From assembly GCA_951406725.2 (NCBI GenBank), contig OX597819.1:112344001-112408000 (forward strand): a stretch of 64,000 nt of DNA. The letters run 5' to 3'. Below, piece by piece: positions 39,065 through 50,034 of the stretch. Position 1 is the first letter of the stretch, and every line of letters begins with the position of its first letter. The DNA comes from Octopus vulgaris. Taxonomy: Eukaryota. The notes beneath the pieces are model-generated. The model was not told the DNA's origin. It made no database searches and worked only from the letters and a program-made list of their open reading frames with translations. The position numbers were made by a program, and so were the translations under genes.

Positions 39065-40713
39065 ATATATATAAATATATAAGGGGTAGAGGGCTTTTAC
39101 ACAGTCTCTGTCAACCTATTTCACTCGCAAGACATTGGTCAGCTTCAGGCTATAGTACACATGCACTTTCCCAAGATGCCACACAGTGGGATTGAACCCA
39201 AAGCCATGTGATTGAAAAGTGAGCTTCTTAAGCACATAGCCATGCCTGCACTTATGCTTAATTGTTTGTAACTTCTTTAATAAATAATATTACAAAAAAG
39301 CCAACCCAAACTTCAACAGATTGGGGTGCTAAAATGAAGCCTAATGATTCACATAAGCCATGTCCATTGTGCGCTGTTAATCAATATTAGAAATACGTAA
39401 TTAGTCTAATTACAAACTGTGAAGTTGGAGCTAAAGTTAGGGTTAGTGGTACCACATATTGATGAGCTGGTCAGAATTGTAAGTTTTATGTACCAACTTC
39501 TCACAGCCTTGCTCATAACATAATTTTGGCTGCTATTTCTATACATATTTAGTACTGTTGTGACATTAGTCTGATGAAGGCCTTTTTGATAGCTTGGGAT
39601 GAAAATCAAACCAACTGGCTTTATCACTGTTTACCAGTTCCTCAACTTCATTTACTTCTCCCCCCCACACACACACACTGACAGTGATAGTAATAGAAGA
39701 CAATTCATTAAAATGTAAACAAAACTTGTGACAACCACACCTCGTTTACATAATGATAGACACTAATGATCCTGGGTCAGTGGTAAAGAAGTTTGCTTCA
39801 CAGCCCTAAGATCCTGTACAGTGGTACATCTTAAGCAAGTATCTTTTATCATATCCTTGTGAGTGAAATTGGATAGATGGAAATTTTCTGGAAGCCTGTC
39901 TGACAAACTGAACTAAAAATTTGAAGGTTCTGCTTTGTAATACTGATTCTCTTTTAAAACTATGTTAGAGGAATACATAAGACTGTGGAATACTCAGCCA
40001 CTGACACACTAAGTCAATGAGTCAGATGACCCATTTGGAACACCCACTGTTGAAACTGACAAAAAAAAAGGGTTTTTAATTTACAACCAATCTGTTCATC
40101 CTGGGCCTAATTTCATACCCAAGACTAAGTACACAGTTCATATATTTATTTATTCATAAACCACAGAATATTGGTGCTCTAGTACATATTACACACACAA
40201 ATTGCACACATATCTTAAACTATATTCTTTTGCCCTCTCTCACACACCAAACTATATTACCTTCAATAAAATTACATGCACCCCTCTTCCACTTCTGTTT
40301 AAGATGAACCATTCAATATATAATGTAATATAAATCTATTTACATTGGCAAAGAACCATATATTTGTATGGTGGTGGCAGTGGCGGCAATGGTAGTGGTG
40401 GCAGTGGCAGCAGTGGTGGTGGTGGTTGTAGTGGTGGTAGTTGAAGTGGTCAGGGGGGTAGGTTGAGTTTGTAGTCGATTAAAACGAACTTTGGACATGA
40501 CATGACTTGCTATGTATACGTACGAAAACAGGCATGTGTATGAAGTTAAGAAGTTAGTTTCACAACCACAGGTTTCAAGTTCAATCCCACGTTGTGGCAT
40601 CTTGGGCAAGAGTTTTCAAAGCTTCAAGCTGATCAGTGTATTTTGAGGGGAGTTTAGTAGATGAAATTCCATCATATACATACGTGTATATGTATGTGGA
40701 TAAGGCACTTTAA

Positions 40714-40930
40714 CCCTATAGTATTCAGATTACTCAGTCAAATGTAATGCTTATTTATTCACATTGGTTTGAATTAATTATGCCTTATCTCGCAGCTTAA
40801 AGATTTTGATGATGCAATTGATTATTTTTAGAATGACATTGTAGAGCAGGTATGAGAGGCCAGATCTGACTAGTTTGAAACATAAAAATAAGTAGAATAT
40901 TTGGGTCAGATATGGCCCAATGCTAAAGGG
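40714..40930. mobile_element. piggyBac-type MITE, second copy in opposite orientation to 2079-2298
   Basis: TTAA at 40710-40713 and 40931-40934; CCCT...AGGG ends; body is the reverse complement of the first copy. Confidence 0.85.
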
Positions 40931-41674
40931 TTAAATAGCTTCGGGCACAGATATCGTTTGATTTTTAACATCTCAACTAATATCTCTATTATATGTTGCA
41001 GTCAATGGCTGGCCACAGCTGAAAAAGGCAAAACACACCATGAAAAATTCCAGGATAGAATGAAAGTATGTATAATCATAGGCAGTAACTCTCTGAACAC
41101 CTGCTGCAAGAGACACCCATGCTGTTCAAGAATTTGGACCTGGAGATTTTTATTTCCAGCGACTTCAAGAGCCACCTCCCGGTGGTATCGGGCGTCAACG
41201 AAGAGCCCTCGACTATAACAAGATGACCAGAGTTTGTTTCTTTTTCCAAGGTCTGGGGTCTCCCGCCCCTAAGCCCTAGACCATCACCTAGTCACCCGTA
41301 CCTGTCTTGTTGCTTAACAACAACAAGAGATGGCCATTGTTGTCACATCTGTGCAAGAGTGTAGGTCCCCAGCAGGACTGAAAAATCACAAACGTACTAC
41401 TGATCATGTTTAGAAGAACAATCAAAAGATGGCATTAATCTAATCAAGTTGTAACCATCATGCGTGTATGAATGCATGCATATCAGCAGAAGATATATAC
41501 ATCAGCAAGAAATTGACAATAAATCAGTGAATCAAACAAAAGTAATTTTTGATGTTCATCCCACCCATGTCACACATCTCACTACAATTTCACTCTCAGA
41601 ATCAAAAACAGTGAAACCAGCAGGTGACTTGACAGTAGGTCAAACCAACGAAGCTGTTGCCGACGAAATATATA

Positions 41675-42075
41675 ATAGGCATGGCTGTGTAGTAAGAAGT
41701 TTGCTTCCCAGCCACATGGTTCTGGGTTCAGCCCCACTGCATGACTCCTTGGATAAGTGTCTTCTGCTATAGACTTGGGCAGACCAAAGCCTTGTGAGTG
41801 GATTTGGTAAATGGAAACTGAAAGAAGCCTGTCGTATATATATATATTTATGTGTGTGTCTCTGTGTCTGTGTTTGTCCCCCACCCACCACCACTTGACA
41901 ACCAGTGTTGGTGTGTTCCCGTGCCCGTAACTTAACAGTTCGGCAAAAGAGTCCAATAGAATAAGTACTAGGCATAAAAAATAAGTCCTGGGACCGATGT
42001 GTTTAACTTGTTCAAGTCGGTACCCCAGCATAACCATAGTCAAATGACTGAAATAAGTAAAAGATAAAAGACAAG
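41675..42075 (+). mobile_element. Full-length family-2 tRNA SINE (others at 43967-44385, 50646-51000, 26665-27062 minus; 31735-32315, 50455-50635 plus; 3' half repeated at 42090-42290)
   Basis: Head ggcatggctgtgtagtaagaagtttgcttccc..ggttcag, ccttggataagtgtcttc body, internal (TA/TG)n, tail ccccagcataaccatagtcaaatgactgaaataagtaaaag. Confidence 0.9.
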
Positions 42076-42288
42076 ACATTTTTTAAGTTTGTGTGTGTGT
42101 GTGTGTCCCCACTATCACTTGACAACCAATGTTGGTGTGTTTACATCCCTGTAACTTAGCAGTTTGACAAAAGAGACCGATAGAATAAGTACTAGGCTTA
42201 AGAAGAACAAGTCCTGGAGTCGATTCATTCGACTAAAGGTGGTGTTCCAGCATGGCTGCAATCAAATGACTGAAACAAGTAAAAGGAA

Positions 42289-42324
<36 letters not shown>

Positions 42325-42413
42325 TAATATCAAAGGGTAATCTGGAATATTAGAAATTTTCATTACCAGTGGCCTAGCGTGTAAAAATTTAGTCAATAGA
42401 CTATATATTATTC

Positions 42414-42569
42414 ATATAAATACAGTGTACATTTAAACACATAAGAGGTAGCCATCATAGGACTACCTGCATGCTAGAGAGTGGTTCAGAATTTAACTGT
42501 CCTCTCTAGCATGCAGGAAGTCCTATGGTGGCTACCTCTTATGTGTTTAAATGTACACTGTATTTATAT
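42414..42569. repeat. Foldback palindrome, ~68-bp arms
   Basis: atataaatacagtgtacatttaaacacataagaggtagcca... and its reverse complement. Confidence 0.95.
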
Positions 42570-42574
42570 ATATA

Positions 42575-42993
42575 TGAGCAAAACACCCCCGTCCAATGGA
42601 CGGTGCTGAGTTGTCAAACATTTAAACCAAATTTTCTCAAAACAATTTGTCCGACCGTTCCATAGACCTCCCATTTGAGAAACACTGAGTTAACCTAAAT
42701 TTGAGACAACAGCAAAAGAAGAAATAAAGATAGACTTTTTTTCTATTCCAAAGAAAAACGATTTTATTCACACAAATATGCAACCAAAGAGTTTAAAGTA
42801 CCAGTAATGATAAGGCTGTTGACTGGGATATTGGCTTTATCGATCGCATTCTCACCTGGAATCGATCTTAGTAATTTTTTCAAGACTTATACACGCACTG
42901 ATATCGTCGGTATCTACATATCAAATTTGAGCACAATCGGATGAAGGATGCCCAAGATCCTAGAAGACACACACAGACAGACAGAACGGATTT

Positions 42994-43000
<7 letters not shown>
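42575..43000 (-). mobile_element. Possible non-autonomous Helitron-like element
   Basis: ccgtcc-aat-ggacgg hairpin near one end; caaatttgagcacaatcgg...acagacagacag...ttttatata at the other, resembling Lep1-type helitrons. Confidence 0.4.
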
Positions 43001-43033
<33 letters not shown>

Positions 43034-43122
43034 AAATTTATATATGCATGTATACACACATATATTTGAAAATCTATGAGAGATACTTAACACAGCTTTG
43101 AAGTGTAAATGTGATTTTTTTT

Positions 43123-43300
43123 AAAAATGTTATAAAATCTTTTATCAGGATGTTACTAACCTTTTTGGCAAAGAAGTTTTTCTTTCCTAGTGTGTGATCA
43201 GTGTTTGAAAATGTTTATCGAAAGTGCTCACACACTAGGAAAGAAGCTCCTTCCCAAAAAAGTTTAGTAACATCCTGATAAAAGATTTTATAACATTTTT
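43123..43300. repeat. Foldback palindrome, ~70-bp imperfect arms
   Basis: aaaaatgttataaaatcttttatcaggatgttactaa...ttagtaacatcctgataaaagattttataacattttt. Confidence 0.92.
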
Positions 43301-43328
43301 TTTTATAAATATTTTTTTTTTAAATCAC

Positions 43329-43370
<42 letters not shown>

Positions 43371-43544
43371 CACACACACATGTTTCTTTATATATGTATA
43401 TCTTACTTCATTTTTGTAATAAATTATTTTGCAAGATTCTTGATGTGAACTCATGTTGAAACAAATCTTGTGTCTTGAGAGGGTCATTAACACCAATAAT
43501 AAGTGCCTGTGTTTATTATTATTGGTGTAATGATCCTCCCTAAA

Positions 43545-43829
43545 CACAAGATATATATATTTCTCTTACTTGAGACACACACGTGAGTGTACAATATATA
43601 TATATATTTCTCTTACTTGAGACACACACGTGAGTGTACAATATATATATATATTTCTCTTACTTGAGACACACACGTGAGTGTACAAGATATATATATA
43701 TTTCTCTTACTTGAGACACACACGTGAGTGTACAAGATATATATATATTTCTCATACTTGAGACACACACGTGAGTGTACAAGATATATATATATATTTC
43801 TCTTACTTGAGACACACACGTGAGTGTAT
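43545..43829 (+). repeat. Tandem repeat, six ~46-48 bp units containing CACGTG
   Basis: acaa(g)(ta)ntttctcttacttgagacacacacgtgagtgt repeated six times. Confidence 0.95.
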
Positions 43830-44548
43830 TCTCCCATTCATTAGAAACTGATGATTCACTCCATTACTACTCAATGTTTCTAGCTTTGTATGTTCATTCA
43901 GGTAATCATCCAAACGAGTATGTATGTATCGATATATTTATGAGTATGTGTGTGTGTATGTATATGCTCTTTACTCTTTTACTTGTTTCAGTCATTTGAC
44001 TGTGGCCATGCTGGAGCATGGCCTTTAGTCGAACAAATCGACCCCAGGATTTATTTTTTGTAAGGCTAGCACATATTCTATCAGTCTCTTTTGTTGAACT
44101 GCTAAGTTACGGGGACGTAAACACACCAGCATCGGTTGTCAAGCGATGTTGGGGGGACAAACACAGACACACAAACATATACACACACACATATATACAT
44201 ATATATATATACATATATACAAAGGGCTTCTTTCAGTTTCCGTCTACCAAATCCACCCACAAGGCTTTGGTCAACCCGAGGCTATAGTAAAAGACACTTG
44301 CCCAAGGTACCACACAGCGGGACTGAACACAGAACCATGTCGTTGGTAAGAAAGCTACTTCCCACACAGCCACTCCTACACCTACATATGTGTGTGCGTG
44401 TGTGTGTGCGTGCATGTGTGTGTGTATATCTTCACATACATTCACACCCCTTTGAACAACTGCCTGAATGTATGCCCAAGACTGAAAAAAATTAAGTAGG
44501 AATGGAGTGAATCATCAGCTTCAAATGAATGAACATGCACAAATATAT

Positions 44549-45005
44549 ATAGGGAACTGGGACTCTGCTCCCTGGGGAGGAGGCGTGAGAGATATACATG
44601 TGAAAAATAATGGTGTGTCTGGCTCCAAATTTTGGAATTGATATCTACAACAATCCCTGAACTGGATGGCACTGCACAGTACCAAAGGCGCTATCTCCTC
44701 CATCGACGATACGAAACCGATATTGTAATAGCTTGGGATTCAAGGGATCACAACTCTTTAATGCCCTACCACAGAACATCAGGGTTCTGCAAGGTGTAGA
44801 CATGGAAGTCTTCAAAAAACATCTTGACAGCTTTTTATCTACAATTCCGGATGAACCCACATTGTGACAGGAAGCACAAAGAAGAGTGGCAATGTCCAAC
44901 TCCCTACTTCACCAGAAGCAATACTGGAAAAATCCCCGGATGCAGTAAAGGCAGTGCACCAGCATGGCCTCAGCCTCTGGTTGAAACCCATAAAAGATAA
45001 AAGAT
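44549..45005 (+). pseudogene. CR1/L2-group LINE 3' fragment with tail
   Basis: ELGLCSLGRRRERY...NSLGFKGSQLFNALPQNIR...FKKHLDSFLSTIPDEP...SNSLLHQ; tail aaggcagtgcaccagcatggcctcagcc..tgaaac..taaaagataaaaga. Confidence 0.8.
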
Positions 45006-45055
45006 GTATATGTATATATATGTATATATAGGAGAAATAGAACTCCATACAAGAA

Positions 45056-45119
<64 letters not shown>

Positions 45120-46568
45120 TATATAACAAAATTATTGTGTATAGTGCTCAGATGCACTACAACTCATCAATATATATATATTTATATTTTAATCAGCAGA
45201 AAGTTCCAAAAGTGACTCAAAAGCTGAGTGTTTCATTCATGCATCTATGTATGAACAAAATAATAAAAAATTAAAAAACATAATTCCAGGAATAGGCTAT
45301 TTTGCAGATATGCTTCTGCCATAACTCCTGAGCATTATCTCAGATAAATTATATTTTAGAATTACATTTCATATCATTTATTTAAATAAATAGTGATGGT
45401 AGAGTTTGTGGTTAATCCACATTACTCCATAAGGAGCATAGGGCCTGTTTCCTGGTTTCTCTGACATATATATTCCTCCTTGGACAGGATGCTGGTCCAT
45501 TGCAGGATTACTCATCTTTACCAGCTGAGTGGACTGGAACAACTTGAAATGAAATGTCTTACTGCCCAGCCCAGGAATAGAAACCACAGTCTTACAATAA
45601 CCACAAAGCCATGGGCCTTCACATGGCCAAGTTAGTAGTTAGTCAGAATTCGCAGAACATAGTAAAAAAAAAATGTACTACTAACACTAAGATACACCTC
45701 TTTGTGTTCCAAGTTCAAATTCCACCAAGGTTAACTTTTGTCTCATCCTCCCAGGGTCAATAAAATAAATATGGAGGAGTTCCCTAAAATTTGTTGTCAG
45801 AAATCTTGATTTATGCAAGTAAAAATATATTGGAGTGAACAATTTGGTAAATAGCCAAACAATATTCTGTGCTAATATTTTTATCAGATGTCCATTTACA
45901 TTGAAACCTCACTGAAGTTGCATTTTTGCTTGTCATCCTTCCTCACTGGATGAAAATCAGTACCAGTTATAGAGATTGATTTAACTGAATATAACCCTAT
46001 TTGCCTAGAAAGTTGTGGCATCGTGCCAAAGTTAAGAGAAAAACATTATCAGAATAAATTGACCTGTATGGAAGAAACTGTAATATATTTTTAGTTTCTG
46101 AGTTAGATAGCTGTTTATAATTTCAGCTATAACTGTTCCACTTTTCATATGTCTGTCTAAAGCTTTATCTGCCAAGGAATACCATAGTTAAGTTAATATT
46201 CACATAATATAAAAGAGGGGCCATTAAAAACAATTACAGCATGCAAGACAAGTAGTAGCCATTCACAAATAAATGACTGTTAACTTCACTTAAACATTTA
46301 TTATTTGGGTGCTAAAATTTTTATTACTCTGACTGTGACCTGGTCACTGATACAGTTTGAGAGTTGCAGTGGAACTGGGTCAGTGACTAGGTCACAGTTG
46401 GTGTGATGAAAATTTTGACACCATATAATAAATGTTTAAGAGAAGTTGAAAATCTTTGTGTGTTCTTGAATGGCTAGTATGTGTGTTCCACATATTAGCC
46501 ATATATATATATATATATATATAAATTAAATTAGAGATAAAACCACTATTAGGCAACTCAAACATATA

Positions 46569-47135
46569 TATGTGCTGCGGATGGATGAAGAGAAATGTGT
46601 GAAGAAGTGCCACTCCCAAACAGTTGAAGGTATCAGGGGGAGAGGTAGACCCAGGAAGACATGGGATGAGGTGGTCAAGCATGACCTCAGAGCATTGGGC
46701 CTCACTGAGGCAATGGCGAAGGACCGAGATCTCTGGAGATATGCTGTGACTACAAAGACCCGGGCTGCTTTCTGCAGCAATTCCACATACCCCCTACCCA
46801 TTCTAAGTACCCCGGATCCCCAAAGTACCCTGGATCCCCAAAGTACCCCGATCCCCAAAGTACCCCGGACCTCGTTGCCCCCATGCCGCTGACACATTAA
46901 AATGCTCGAACCGATCGTGACGATGCCGGACCCTCCGGCCCCTGTGCAGGTGGCACGTAAAGCACCCAATCCACTCACGGAGTGGTTGGCGTTAGGAAGG
47001 GCATCCAGCCGTAGAAACTCTGCCAGATTTAGACTGGAGCCTGGAGCGGCCCCTGGCTTCCCAGACCCGGTCGAACCGTCCAACCCGTGCTGGCGCGGAA
47101 AGCGGACGTTAAACGATGATGATGATGATGATGAT
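46569..47135 (+). mobile_element. RTE-clade LINE 3' fragment (ORF end, 3' UTR, (GAT)n tail)
   Basis: LRMDEEKCVKKC..EGIRGRGRPRKTWDEVVKHDL...DRDLWR, typical RTE C-terminus; 18-bp tandem aagtacccyggatcccca at 46805-46868. Confidence 0.9.
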
Positions 47136-47222
47136 ATGAAATGCACTTGATGCTTCCAAAGTTTCTTTACAAAATTTTGCATTCCAAAAGCTATGATATT
47201 TAGCATTTAATTTGACGGAGAT

Positions 47223-47314
47223 TGTTGTCAGCAGGCCGTTTAGCTTAATGGTAGAGTACTCAGCGGTTATCTAAAGGGTCTGGGTTTGAGTCCCATGGCT
47301 GTCTGCCGACAACA
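47223..47314 (+). pseudogene. tRNA-like sequence (GTT, Asn-like anticodon), degenerate
   Basis: Box A tagcttaatggtagag, loop cgGTTat, T-arm tggg-tttgagt-ccca; extended closing stem tgttgtcagcagg/tctgccgacaaca; broken anticodon stem. Confidence 0.55.
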
Positions 47315-50002
47315 TTTTATGTCTTATAATGGTAAAATACTCAATCGTTCTGCTGTTTTCATGGCTATACTGAGTTCGAAATATTACTTTATTGCCTGTA
47401 AAATATATTTAAAAGCTTTTGTAAAAAAAAATACTTGATGCAGCAACAATATTTTAAAATTCTTTCTTTAAAGATTATATATACACCTGTATGCATCACA
47501 CACATATATTCAGAAAGAATGTACATGTGTGTGTCAACTTACACTCATATGGGTGTATGTATGTGTGCCAAGGATGTGTCCTCTACAGCGCCTATCAAGA
47601 ATAGAACTACAAATTAAATACAAAAATGTAAATCATTGCCATTTCATTATAAATAGGTTGATTTAATCCATGACACACACACAGACACACACACACACAC
47701 ACACACATACATATGGCTATTTTAATGATAAAGCATGACAATTTCTAGAGCAACAGTAATCTAGAGCCCAAATTTTCACCATGTCATTAAACTCATTAAA
47801 CTCCAATATATTTTTACTTCAATGTTATGGCAGGTATGATAGTGCATAAAGTTTAAAACAGGCGAAAACAATACTCACATTCACACACACACATACACAC
47901 TAATATGGCATGATATTAAAATTACATGCATTGATTGAGGTTTGTAAAAGCAGTAAATATCACATGATACAGAGGGAGTGTTTCATCCCTTTTATTTAGT
48001 GTCATTTCACAGTGAGCCATGTGCACATGCGCTTCACTGCATGTGCATTTACTTCTGCTCTTTGAGATAAATTTCTAGAAACATATTTAATTTCATGTAA
48101 ACATATAAAATAATAATAATGAATATATATCATAAACAGCAACAATTTCCATTATCATTATTTTTTGTGTTATTTTCCCCCAAGATTGCAAAGGAAAAAG
48201 AAATGCATGTGTTTTTATCTCCTAACAAGAGCCTACGTCATATAAAAATCTAATTTTTTTATCATTTTTTGGCATGGCTTTTATTTTTGGATGCCTTTCC
48301 TATCAGCAAGCTAGACTGCATGCATTTTCATCATCACATTAAAATATAGCGTCATCAATACTTGATTGCTTCACTTTTTCCAACCTCTGAGTAACCTGAC
48401 TTATGCTGCCTCACTTGGCTAAGTAGACTCAACCATTTCTTTCTGGACAAACAAGTACTTCTTCCAAATAAAAACAAACAAGCCTATTCCTCATCATTGT
48501 CACTTCATCATCATCATTTAATGTCCATTTTTCCATGACTGCATGAGCCAGATAGAATTTGTTGGTGTGGATTTTCTACAACCAGATGCTCTTCCTGTCA
48601 TTAGCTATTTTCCCATGACCAATCATATTTTCACAGAAGATTGGAAATGACAAATACCATTGTTTACAAAGATCATTGTTATCAGACTATCAAAACAACT
48701 CAACCAACAACAGCCAAGAGAGCAGGCAAGTTTCTGTAAGATCTGCAGTACAATAAATCACATATTCATTCTAACACTAGGCTTTGGTTAACACAGGGTT
48801 ACAGTAGAATATGCTTGCCCAAGGCACAATACATGAGGATTAAACTGGAAACCATGTAGTTGAGAAGCAAACTTCTTCACTGCACAGCCATGCTTGTGGC
48901 TAATTATGTTTATTCATGGAAGAGAAATTTTTAAAATTTATGTATTCCCTATTGGTTTTGATGATGAATATTCTAGTTGTTAGTCCAATTAAACAACCTA
49001 CTCACTGAATTAGCATGAGAAATGGTTGAGTATACCATAGGAACAGGTATCCTTAACATGTATCTGTAGAATACATAATCTTAACAATCTTCAGACAGGA
49101 TCACCAACATACAGTGTGTGAAAATTTTGGCCCTTTTGTTTTACAGGTACAGCCCATCCAGTAACCTTCCATATAGTTTCCATGAACCAAATTTAAATCA
49201 CAAAGATTTAGTAGTCCTTTTTTCTTGCTTAGAATGGTAAGCCTAGCATACCACCCTGTTTAACACCATCAGCAGCCCATTCCATATCTTCACAAGACTA
49301 CACTGTGTTGCAGATATTTGAACCAAATCTTCCAATACCTTTCCCAATGTATACATATGTCATCATCATTTAACATCCATGTTCCATGCTAACAGGGGTT
49401 GGACAGTATGACAGGATCTGATGTGTGTGAGGACTGCATTGAGCTGCTGTAACAGCTTGGGCATGTTTTTTTATGGCTGGATGACCTTCCTAATGCCAAC
49501 CAATTTACAGTGTGGGCTGGGTGCTTTTTCCGTGCTATTTGCACTTTTGAGGTCACCATGCAGTTCACAGGACGATAAGGCCTGGGAGAGGTGGGGAGCA
49601 TAGCAGATTCCTAAAAAGGGATCTGCATGCTTACTCATATCTAGTAGAAGTGGGGAGTAGAAAGGGAAAGAGGAAATGATTGGTAGGAGCTGAAGATATA
49701 TATATTTGTGATCTAGTTATATGTTTTATAAAAATATATATTTGTTATTTATAGTTTGGCTTATGTCTATCACTGTTTGAGTTGCATAATAGTGGTTTTA
49801 TCTCTAATTTATATTTTATATATTTACATATATATATATAAATAGAGGTTGAGAGGTAATGGTGTCAAGAAGACCCAAAGGTGTCAGGTAATGCTGAGTA
49901 AGTGCTATGGACAGACTATAGTTAAGCTCCAGGTTCGGTGATTATGTGAATGAGGAGTCCAACGTAGGTCATATATCATCATATATTCCTGCGCAGACAG
50001 TT

Positions 50003-50034
50003 TTGGTCCGATGAATGCAAGCGTGAAACTCCAA
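50003..50034 (+). ncRNA. Degenerate minimal hammerhead-like motif
   Basis: ttgg-t-CCGATGA-atgc aa gcgt-GAAA-ct-ccaa; one core substitution. Confidence 0.4.

Noticed and set aside
39565-39610. CTGATGA hammerhead-like core (also at ~43849 and ~58100)
   Set aside because: No stem II closing onto GAAA
43545-43829. CRISPR-like repeat array
   Set aside because: No unique spacers, eukaryotic context, no cas genes
47223-47314. Functional tRNA-Asn gene
   Set aside because: Broken anticodon stem, TTTGA in the T-loop and non-canonical loop bases
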